A DNA stretch of 64,000 nt from Camelus ferus (taxonomy: Eukaryota): contig NC_045696.1 of NCBI RefSeq assembly GCF_009834535.1, forward strand, positions 15,998,001 through 16,062,000. The letters run 5' to 3'. How positions within the stretch are numbered: the stretch's first letter is position 1; each line of letters begins with the position of its first letter. The notes below the pieces were generated by a model that was not told the origin of the DNA, did not search any database, and saw nothing but the letters and a program-made list of their open reading frames with translations. Position numbers and translations under genes: made by a program. Of the stretch, positions 53,457 through 64,000 are shown piece by piece.

Positions 53457-56400
53457 AAGAATACTATACATGAATACTGTAAGAGAAAAATGAATGAAGC
53501 ACTTTATAAAGCTTTTATTATCAAAAAAATTAAAACATGCAAAAGGGAATAGTGTCATGAGTCCCCAGGTCCCTGTCACCCAGCCTCAGAAATTATAAAC
53601 TTACTGCCAACTTTGTTATCTATTATTATTTTGTTTTACCTATAAACATCTCTGCTTTTGATTCTCCTTTTCCTCACTGGGTTATTTTGAAATAAATTCA
53701 GCTGTATAATTGTAGCCATACATATTTCATTATGAACCTCTGAAAGAATTGAAAAGAAATTGACCAAAAAAAAAAAAAAACCCAAAAAACAAAGAATTTT
53801 AACAGTGTCATTTGGGTAAAAAATAGATATAGCCCATAAACCTATAAAGATATGCTCAATCTCATTAGTAATCAAGGACATGCAAATTAAAACAGTGAGA
53901 TAAGGTTTTTTTTAACCATCTGATTGATTGACAGAAACCAGTCTTGCCAGAGTTGGGAAGAATGTGAAGAAACACATTTTCTGTCAAAGCTGCAAGAGCA
54001 GTCATTCAGAACTTTATGTACACACCCCTTGATTTAGCAATTCTAAAAATTAGAACTGTAGTATATTGTATAAGTTCCCATAGATGAGGACATTATTGGA
54101 GCATTATTTGTATCAACTAAGCAAACCTGTTTTTTCACTGTGTTGCACCAAACTGGAATATTAAGCCACCATAAATGAAAATAATGTTAAGTCAAAAGAG
54201 AAATGTTCAGAAAGTAGGCATAATAAATTACATTAAGGAAAGTTTTATATATGAAACAGAACATTTCTGTGCATAGAACATATCTGAAAGATTCAGGTAC
54301 ATCTAACAAAATTTGCCCCTGGATGGTGAGATGGTGGAATGGAGGAGAGGGTAGTACACACTACTTTTATCATTGGCACCTTCTGTGGTATTTGAATCTC
54401 TTTTAACTGTAAGCTGACATTTTAGAGGTGTCCCACCAAGATGTCTCACCACATCTTGGATGGACAACTCCTTGGTTCTCTCATTCCTGGTAGGTAGTCA
54501 ACTGGCTTCTGACAGTTGTTCCCGAAGACGTCTTTCCACCAACGAGCCATCCCATTCTATTTAAAACATCTCTAACTTCAGGAAGACAGGCATTTTGATG
54601 GGATATCTAGAGTCCTCCCAGGTGTTCTTCTCAGGAACATCATTTTTATATCATTTTTATAAAGTTGAAAATAGCAAGTTTTATTGTATCATAAAACTTG
54701 GTCATTTCAGTGAATTTCATCTATTTATTTTAATGGGTGACTGATTCTTATATCAAAAGTTGCTTTTAAAAGTATTGGAACTGTCATTTATTACTTCAGG
54801 CTTATTTGCCCTTCATGGGACATCGAGAAGTAACTCCTTCAATTCAGAGTTTCTAGTGTTGATGCTTGTAATGTCCTTTCTCAAGTTGATAGTAACAGTA
54901 GTGATAGAAGTCTCATCTGTTTAATGGAAGTATTCTTTCCCCACTGAACTTCATACTGAGAGTTTCTGCATTTTAACCCAGAAAGTTATTGAAAAGGCTT
55001 GACTATGATAAAATCTTTGTCTTTATTTTATTTTATACTTTCTTAACAGACGGGAATTACAACTTTCTTTTTAATTTAAGGTTGAATATTGACACTCCTA
55101 AGTTAACAACAAATGTTTTAATGACTATTTGGATATGGAGAAATATAAACAAATACACATTGTTTCGGATAGAAAATATTTGTGCAGTATTATGCTGAAT
55201 TAAGACCGTAAATTGAGACTGTATTACAGATAAATGTAAACCAGATTTGAAACATGGAGAACAATCTTTCCAATTTACAAAGATGTTTGTAATATAAAGA
55301 TTCACTTACTAATTTGATATTCTTTATGGCTTCATAAGAAAGGCAGGGCAAATACCATCTCAACAGAAAATATGAACTAAAGTAAGTTCAGCGGGACTGC
55401 ATCATTTGCCTCAAACTGTGGCAGACACTTGAGCTGAGGTTGGAACCCAGGCTCCTGATACTTAATAAGCGACCTAACCAGGGCACCTTTCTAACTCCTA
55501 TGGTAAAGTCTAAAAGAACAATAACCGATAACTTTTGATTTTCAAGACTTCATTATTTTTGCAGGCCTATTTCTTATTTATCCTTTTTTTTTGGTTTAGA
55601 TATTAAATATTTAACATTTTAGCATTTTTTCCATTGTACAATTGATTTTCCCACTCATTTTATCAAACTATTATCAGAACTGATTCCCATTCCACATTGT
55701 TTATAAAAGTTGGAGGTTCCAGCAATTAAAGTAAAGCTGAACTTTTTTCTAAAGCCGTCTTTGACCTTGAATGAAGATTTTTAAATTGCTCATAACTTCA
55801 TTGATTAAAAACAACTCACCCTCTTTAGTAAAAATCTAATGTTGACTATTTCACCATAAATTTTGCCTATTACTGAGATACAGGTAGAATTTATTTTTAC
55901 TAATTTTCTTAATAGATGCTAAGTGACATTATCTTAATTCTGAACAGGGAAACATCTAATAGGGTTGAAATGGGACCAGGGAAAAACGGGTATGAAGCTG
56001 GGTGAAAATAAGCACGCGATACGCCCATCTCAGACACGTGTTAGTTACTGCAGTCAACAAACCAGCTGTGACGTTCCTGGCAAAGCTCATCGGCAAAGCT
56101 CATCGGGAGGAGACGGCAGGCTAGGCATGTCCGGGAGTACAGCTTCTTGAGTTTTCCTAGTTTCTCAACGTTCACAGCGTGGTTGCGAAGGCATTTCACC
56201 TGTCCTAGATGGGTCGCCGGCTTTAAGGAAGCCCCGGTGGATATTTACCAAGCCACTGACATCCATGTTTTATGCTACAATGAAACCGCAGCATAATCAT
56301 TTTAATGGCTATAAAAACTCCTTTTACAATCCTTTGGAACTAGCATCTGGCGTCTGGATACCATTTATTTTCCTTCGTCTTGCAGCCTTGTCCATAGTGT

Positions 56401-56549
56401 TACCAGGTAGCCCACGTGGGCTCTTTGCAGCCCTGCAGAGGTGACCTAACTGGGCCTGCGCGGTTGGTTATCTCTGAGGTGCCTGCCGCCGGTGCAGGTC
56501 AGGGGCCTTCCACAGGTCCATCAAAGCAGCTCACTGCCTTTCTAAATTC

Positions 56550-56759
56550 CTTTCTTTTTTTTTCAATTTTTTTCAATTGTCTTTTTGTTTTGAGCATTTT
56601 TTTTTACATTTCATATTATTATTTTTATTTATTTTTTATTCTTTTTGGAGGGGGGGTAATTAGATTATTTATTTTAATGGAGGTACCAGGGATTGAACCC
56701 AGGACCTTTTGCATGCTGGGCATGCGCTCTGCCACTGAGCTATACCCTCCCCCCACACC
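56550..56759 (-). mobile_element. Full-length Vic-1-like SINE with perfect 16-bp TSD
   Basis: CTGCCTTTCTAAATTC at 56534-49 and 56760-75; reverse A/B boxes; long A-rich tail. Confidence 0.95.
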
Positions 56760-57934
56760 CTGCCTTTCTAAATTCTTGAATGCTTTTTACCTGTATGAAT
56801 CTCTTTGTAATAACTGTTTGTTACCACTCCTTTTTGAAAACTCACTTTACACATCTCAGTGTCTTTATTTGTACAGTAGGAATAATTAGAAAAGTACCTA
56901 ACTTCTTGAGTTACTGTGAGGATTAAAAGAAATAAAATAGCCCATAGGACACAGTATACGTTCAGTAAATATTTATTATTACTGCTCTGTAAGCCAGCAT
57001 TGATGATTGGCTTATAACGTTATAAGCCACATTTTCAGGTGGCTGTGTACACACCCACCTGTATAAGTGACAGCATGTAACCTTCTTAACTCTGCCATCA
57101 GTGTCAGCTCTTATCCCCCAAAGAACTCAGTCATCCATGACCCTGCCTTGCAGTTCTGTTTTTCAGTACAAGATTAAAAACAGTTTATTATCTTTCCTTT
57201 GGTTTTGTTGTTTTCTTTTCTCTTGTAATGTGGCCACACCCAAAGTGTAGGTGAAATCAGGAAATTATGAAATATACTGTCAGGCTATTCATATTAAATA
57301 TAAAACATTTAGGTAAAATTCAAGTTAATTTGTGGCTTGTGAAAACTTCAAGGCTCATATAATGGGCAAGTGGTGTAATTTTCTGAAAATTTTAGGCTTT
57401 GTGTTGGTATTTGTGACTTCAGAGTTACATGTCATCATTAGCATCCTTATTTTTGCTCCTTAAGCAATTTACATGCTCATTTAATTCTCACACTGTTTCT
57501 ATGAGATAGGTATCCCCAAATTTACAGGTGAGGAGCCCAAATCATAGCCTTTTGTCTACAATCACAGTTAGGTATTAGAATTTAAGCCTGTAAAGTCTGA
57601 CTTCAATCCTCTATTTTTCCTACTCTAGACAGTCTATAAATGAATTGTTTTCTTAGACTTATAAGGCTAAAGCTAGAAAGAAACTTGAGAACCTTTAGCC
57701 CAAACACACTCATAATGTTGGTAATATTCACTGTCATTCTTCCAATAGAAAATTTGAATTTAAATTAAGGGAAAGTCCATGAATTGACACCAGCAGCAAA
57801 ACCTGGTAAGAAGTAATACAGGCTACTACTTAAAAAAAAAATTTTTTTTTAAAGGTGTTAATATATCTTCTACCTAACAGGGTTATTTAAAAAATTTTTT
57901 TTCCCTTTTTAAATTTTTATAAATAACTTTATTC

Positions 57935-58235
57935 CATTTTTTAATTGAAGTATAGTCAGTTTACAGTGTTGTGTCAATTTCTCATGTACAGCATAATATT
58001 TCAGTCATACATATATATACATATATTTCTTTTCATTATAGGTTATTACAAGATATTGAATGTAGTCTCCTGTGCTATACAGTATAAACTAATTGTTCAT
58101 CTATTTTATATATAGTAGTCAGTATTTGCAAATCTCGAACTCCTAATTTATCCTTTCCCATCCCCTTTCCCTCCTGGTAACCGTAAGTTTGTTTTCTATG
58201 TCTGTGATTCTGTTTCTGTTTTCATTTGTGTCTTT
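57935..58235 (-). mobile_element. Young L1 3' end
   Basis: ttttttaattgaagtatagtcagtttaca...ggttattacaagatattgaa...ggtaaccgtaagtttgttttctatg. Confidence 0.9.
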
Positions 58236-58574
58236 TTTTTTTTTAAGTTTTTTTTTATTGATTAACTTACACTGTTCTCATTTTGATACAGACTTTGAAT
58301 TTGCTGAAATCTGGATTTCATCTTGAATTGTTATCTTGACTGCAGCTGCTTTTTCAGAAGCTTGATTTAGAGGTGGGAGTTAGTGGAAATTAAATCACTG
58401 GTAAACCTTAGATGGAATTTTGGCCAAAGGTTCTTTAGGATTCTGTTCTTCCTCTCTCACCCCAGACACTGGGCTTTGTGTTAAGAAGTTTACAAAAGGA
58501 AATTTATTTAGGATACTCGGGCTGTATTGTCCATTGTTGGCGCTCATCACCTCTTAGCTCGTCCCCAGTGCCTG

Positions 58575-58811
58575 TGATCCATGCCATGCTGTGCCTGGTG
58601 GAAGCTGAGTTAGTTCTGATGCTCTGTTGACTTACCTTGTCAAGGAGGGAAGCTCTGATGTGGATCATTTGTGGTCACTGCAGCAGCGGTATGTTGATTG
58701 CAGGGAGTATTCCACAGCCGCTGATGTAACTGAAGGTGATTGGGGCCAGCTCACCCTCAGATTCAAACAGACCAGTGACAAGACTTGGCACTCAGTTTAT
58801 CAACTATTTAA
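58575..58811 (+). pseudogene. Non-coding orthologue of the human APP alternative first exon (MDQLEDLLVLFINY isoform)
   Basis: ATTCAA-ACA GAC CAG TGA CAA GAC TTG GCA CTC AG TTT ATC AAC TAT-TTAAGT aligns with the recalled human exon (D-Q..D-L..F-I-N-Y); about 27 kb into intron 1. Confidence 0.7.
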
Positions 58812-60107
58812 GTGAGTTCTGTGAAGGAGGAATTCTTTTAAGTCTGTGTTTGTGTGAAGTGAAACTCTGTTCCCAGGTAGTATTATCTTTTTGTAAATTA
58901 CAATATTATAAAAATTTGTAACGACCAAAGTAGGATTGGGATTGACAAATTACTTGGTACCTGTTTAATTTGTTAGTCCGTGAAATGTTAGTCCAAGAAT
59001 TACATTAATTCTCTTTGTAATACTCTCCTGCTCTGCTTGAAAATTCTGTTTAATGAAATGCTTTTCATTGATTGTATATTGAGTTTTCAGAAGTTGTGGC
59101 TGCTTTTAAAATCTGGTAATTTGCAGGAATTAATCATGGACTATCCCACAGTTCTCAAGAGTCTGGGGGTGGGCTGAGCAATCTATTTAACAGTCCCTCT
59201 CATTGATTTTGATGGAAGCTAAAGTTTGAGAATCACTAATGTAAATTTACCTGTAGAGTTACAATCAGTTGACAATTGAGCTTCTAGAAGAAATAACCCT
59301 TTGTATCCTTCCCAAGGTGAAGGATGATTTTTTTTTTACATAATCATTTGATATTGAGTTACCTTTGAAATTAAGGTATGTCCACATGATAAAATACATT
59401 CCTCTCAAGGTCATGGGGGGGTGCACCTTTGGCTTTTCTGTCCTTTTCTTTCCAGTTATTTGGTTTTGTGCATTGACACACCTTCTTCCCTTACTCATTT
59501 CTCATCTCTTATTTACGTTGCATCATGGTGTTTCTTACAGCCCCTCGCAGTTCAAGATATTGATCAGCCTTTTCTACCATATTAAAATGTACAGACTCCA
59601 TCTAAAATCACCACAAAAAATACCTATCGGACAGCTCTCACTTCTGGGGAAGATAAGTTCCCTAGGGAGCCCTTTGTTTATAGAACAAATATGTATTTTG
59701 CTTCATCAGTAGAGTCCTAGGGACAGCCATGACTCATATCCACTAAATGAACAAACAGAAATAGGATACCCTCTGTATTTTTAATTTATCCCTGGGATGG
59801 GTGACTAGAATACTTTTATGTTATTGCTAGGTTTTTTTTTTTTTTTAAGTTTGACTTATTTTATTTGAATTTTAGAAATATGTACTTTTTAGTTTTAGTT
59901 CTATCTAGAGTTTTGAAGTGAGAGATTATAGCTCCAAAAATTTGTCTGGTTTTGGCAATCCACTTTCTGCTTTCGCTCTCTGCAGTTTTCTGTAATTCCC
60001 AATAGAGAAGTGGTCCTGCTGTGAGTTTTCCCTTGCACCAGCCCATCCCTCCCCACAAACCTCAGCTTGTTTTGTGACAGTGAAAATTCTTGGAGTGTGA
60101 GTTCTAC

Positions 60108-60245
60108 TTTTTTTTTAAGATATAATTGATGTACAACATACTAGTTTCAGGTATACAGCATAATAGTTAGATACCTGTATATATTACAAAATGATCACAG
60201 TAAGTCTAGTTAACATCCATCATCGTAGATAGTTACAAAAATTCT
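60108..60245 (-). mobile_element. L1MA-type 3' fragment
   Basis: tataattgatgtacaacatactagtttcaggtatacagcataa...aagtctagttaacatccatc. Confidence 0.75.
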
Positions 60246-61014
60246 ACTTCTGATTGTGACATGGGTAGAGGGCATGGGTTTTCACTTGGGTTTAAACACA
60301 AGGCAATGTAACTAATTCTGTCAAACAAAAAATAGATTGGGTAGGACCCCAATTTATAAAATATGTTAAAAAAAATCTGCGTCCATTGAAACCTTAAAAA
60401 CCCTTTCTTTTATTTGGCCTCTTTCAAATACTGAAGCACCTCTAAGGAACCCCAGGGTTCCTGAGAGCACAGTTTGAAAACCAATGATCTACAGGGACTA
60501 GATTGTGGTTTCTCGAGGGAAGGGTCTTTCCAGTTTAGCAACAGAAGACAGATTTTCCTTGGAGTCAGGCCCAGGACTTGAACCTAGGTTAGAAAATAGC
60601 TTTATTTTTTAAGAAAACAACCAGCCTATGTTCTGGGTCCATTGTCTGCCTTATAGGTTGCTCAAAGCTTAGATACAAAGCGATCAGCACAAATTTTTAC
60701 AAAGCATCCCTGAAAAAATAGACAAGGTAGACCGAGTTAAATAAACTGTTCTTTAAAAATCCACATTTTGAAAATTCTTTATGCATCACATTGCTGTAGA
60801 TGTCAAAGATGAATTGAAGGTCAACTTCTGTCTTAAATTCAAGTTTCAGTTTTCCTAAGGGGGCAAAACATTACAGTAACTTACTAAACAAGCTTGTACA
60901 CATTAAAAAATAACATTCCCTTGAGCCCAGTTGCTCCGGGATGGAGTAGAATCGTGGAATCATCTATTTATTTATTGTTGAAAGGTTTATCATGATAGTT
61001 TGGTGATTGCATAT

Positions 61015-61300
61015 TGCCCATGTGTATGTAATGTGGTGTGTGCATGTGTGGGTTGTGTGTTGGGGGGTTTCTACAGGGTGAGGAGATGTGTCATGTGATT
61101 GTATGTGGGGGTGGTGGGGGTATATGGGAGAGTTGTGTATGGTGGGTGTGGTATGTGTATGGTGTGGTGCTGTTTTTATGTGGGTGTGTGTCGTGTGTGG
61201 TGGGGTGAGAAAGTTGTGTGCAGGGAGGGAGTGTGGTATGTGGGAAGTGTGGGTGAGAGGGTGTGTGTATACATATGTGTACACGTGTTTGTGTGTACAA
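61015..61300 (+). repeat. Degenerate TG/TGG-rich low-complexity tract
   Basis: About 280 bp of gtgtgg/tgtatg/ggtgtg units. Confidence 0.9.
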
Positions 61301-61604
61301 GTCTAGTGTTCGGAGAGGCAGTAGGGTGCAATATGAGAGGATTACAGATGTGTATGTGGCTAAGTTTCTAAAAGACAGTTCCACATACTCCTACCTCTGT
61401 TCTCTCTACTTCTTCCTCCTGAGTAATATGCAAAGCACTCCTGGTTTGGTGAAGTTGAGAAGATGGAAGTCTAAGGTGAGAAAGAGCGAAAAGGCACGCA
61501 GGGCTCTTATAGTTCCAGTATCTTCTAGGTAAGAATTTCATTTAGCCTCTGATGGAAGACTCACCATTTGGCAAATGAAAATATTTACCCAAGAAGGAGT
61601 TTGA

Positions 61605-61659
61605 CAAGGTCCTGGGTTCAATCCCCAGTGCCTATGTTAAGGGGTGAGGGGTAGAGGAT
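61605..61659 (+). mobile_element. 5'-truncated Vic-1-like SINE fragment
   Basis: aggtcctgggttcaatccccagt (B box half) flanked by GAGTTTGA at 61597-604 and 61660-67. Confidence 0.65.
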
Positions 61660-62110
61660 GAGTTTGAGATAATAGCCAAGTATATTGACCTCTCTAAGTA
61701 GTTTGCATTCTTCCTGATACATGAACAGGGAGATTAAAAATGAAAATTTGTGTGGTAATTTCTCATTTGGGGTCATTTTACTATGGTTATGTAGAAGATG
61801 TTAACATTAGAGGAAGTTGAGGCAGAGGGATATGGAAACGGTACTATCATTGCAACTTTTCTGTAAGTCTAAAATTAATTCAAAATATAAAGTCTTTTTA
61901 AATGTGCGATAAAACTTTTTAAAAAGAAAAAATAAAAATAAAAAAATGAAAATTTGTGATGGTAAAAAGGAAAGAGAGGTCTACATGAAGTAATTAGATT
62001 GAGTTTGCATTAAATTAACCAGAAATCTCCTCTGGATTTTGCATGGATTTTCGTGGTTCCATGAATACTAGTTAGGAAGTTGTATACAATTAAATTATAT
62101 ATATTGATAT

Positions 62111-62657
62111 TGTTAGGTAGTTAGATAAGTGGGGGCACCGGGCAGATAGGTGGAGGAGAGGGAAGATGGTCTGGAATATGGCGTTATGCCTGCCTCCAGC
62201 ATAAAGGGGCTTTACTTCCAAATGAGCGCCAGCAAGAAACGGGTTAGAACCCGACAGCTTGACTGCGTGGTAGCAGAAAGGACTTAACTGGACATGACCC
62301 GATGTTCATTGTATTATAATTAACACTGCGGTTTAGGCCCTCCCACACCATGGGCTTTTCTGTGTACGCCCTGGGTAAGGACATGCGCAAAAAGGGCCAA
62401 ACATGGCTAAGCATTCCGGGGACTAGAGCCGTCAATCAATCAAGAGACTACCTCTAAGCCGGGTAATAAGAGAAAGGGGAGGGAAAAAACGTCTCTTTTC
62501 CTCCCTTGGATTAGCTCCCCTCCCGTTCCTGGAGGTGTACTTTTCCTTTTCTAAATAAGTCTTCTGAAATCTTTCACTACACAATGCACCATCTCCCGAT
62601 TATAAACTTATCTTTCAGGTATGACAAGAACTGGGGGCTTTACCTTTTGGGGTAACA
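62111..62657 (+). mobile_element. ERV1-type solo LTR, sense orientation in APP intron 1
   Basis: TGTTA...TAACA inverted termini, 547 bp, 4-bp flank atat/agat, retained CpGs, taataaga TATA-like and aaataag polyA-like motifs. Confidence 0.8.
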
Positions 62658-64000
62658 AGATGTACTTGCACTGTCGCACGTTCTGAGGTATGGAAGTTGT
62701 GTCTAACGTGGCTGTTTTCAATCGCTACCGGCTTTCAGATAGACGGGGGAGGTCTTGGCTTCCTGGATGAGAAACTCTGGTGCTTCTGTAGAGGTAATCA
62801 TCCGTATTCGCCAGCTCTACTTTCTTGATAAGCTAAGGAATTTAAGAAGGTAATTCTAATCCTGGCTTTATCTTTGGCTTGCTATCTGATTATGCGCAGA
62901 GCATCCTTACCTTGCTGCCTATTCCCCAGCGGTAGTGTGGATACAAAGCTCTAAAAATACCAGGAGGTGGGCACTGCTGTATTTACAGAGAGATGTGTTT
63001 AAATTAATTATGTACTCTTTTAATCTGACTTTTGATTTGCAGCCCAGGCTCTTTTTGCAGATATTAATAATAGTGATGGTTTCATATTTGTTATTGTCAG
63101 TAATTTTCTGGAAGAGCATGTTAAAATTATGCTTCCAAGAATATGTAAAGTATGGACTAAAAACTGGAACAAATATATACATAATTGCAAACAGGCAAAC
63201 ATTGCTTTTCTTTTAAATGCTAAACTGCTTTAACACCTTGAGGAAATTCCTTTAAAGGAATTCCAACATCAAGGAAGTCAGTATAAAATATTGAGGGTCA
63301 TTTTGCTAGAAATCAAAGTTGTTAACTAAATTTACGTTGTAGATTAGAGCCAGAAAGATCTAGTCATTTAAAACAGAGCTCTGTTTCCATGGAGGAAAAT
63401 TTTCTTAGACTAGTCTTGATTGATTTCATATTGAAAGGGGAGTGTTTTCCTTTATTCTCATTGTTCATCAGTTAGCAGCCAGAAAGATGTAGAACAAGAT
63501 TTATGCCTAATCCACAGTCTAGTGAGTCATTTCCATAGTAATTATAATTAATAAAATTAAGACATTGAAACGTAGTCTGTCCTAAAATCAAAAAGTTGGC
63601 AACTGTGTTAGTAATAATTGCATATGTGATATTAATAGGTTCCTTCCAATTACTCTGGAATTATCAGATTTTTAATCTTCTCTTTGACATTAAGTTTCAG
63701 CAATGAAGTATATATAGGGAACTCCTAGTACAGAGTGAACTAGGAAGACCACTTTTCCATTCACTCACTTTCTTATCTCAAATCAAGCCAGTTCTTTATT
63801 CATTTTGACCTTTGGGATCTTTGCACTTAGAATTTAACATAGGCATACAAGGAAGATTCTGCTGTGAGTCAACACAGAGTATTTTCCTTAGAAATGGTTT
63901 TAAATCTCAAAATGCTATAAAATTAACTTTTTTTTTTTTCAAACTAATTTGGAGTAACTAAATATTTGTGTGTCATTTGGGCAAGGCGGCACTGTGTCCG

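Larger units (their letters stand above)
31693..64000 (+). other. APP: APP intron 1 (continues beyond window)
   Basis: GT donor at 31693; no exon 2 sequence (VPTDGNAGLL) recognised downstream. Confidence 0.9.

Noticed and set aside
60964..61384. His/Thr-rich and Val/Cys/Gly-rich ORFs
   Set aside because: Translation artefacts of the TG-rich low-complexity tract

Overview
Mammalian genomic DNA, not prokaryotic. It is centred on the CpG-island promoter and coding exon 1 of APP (amyloid-beta precursor protein; + strand, ATG 31636, MLPGLALVLLAAWTARALE|gt). About 31 kb of repeat-rich upstream sequence precedes it and about 32 kb of intron 1 follows; I did not see exon 2 (VPTDGNAG...) in the window. 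Val at signal-peptide position 8 and short tRNA-derived Vic-1-like SINEs suggest a camelid (alpaca, llama or camel), and I saw no Alu, PRE-1 or Bov-tA. Nearly all other ORFs in the track are chance ORFs or L1 debris. I found no wholly new multi-gene system. The most interesting structure is a layered 5'-end architecture of APP: (i) a pure (CGG)7 5'UTR repeat preceded by a Kozak-context ACG in frame with APP; (ii) a TATA-linked upstream start site whose splice donor reads GC; (iii) a perfect antisense splice donor for a divergent transcript; (iv) a candidate poison/alternative exon with a YY1 motif and a 23-codon ORF in intron 1; (v) the apparent orthologue of the human alternative first exon (MDQLEDLLVLFINY), here non-coding but with a shifted intact donor. 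Human comparisons and repeat family names are from memory and need alignment or RepeatMasker confirmation.
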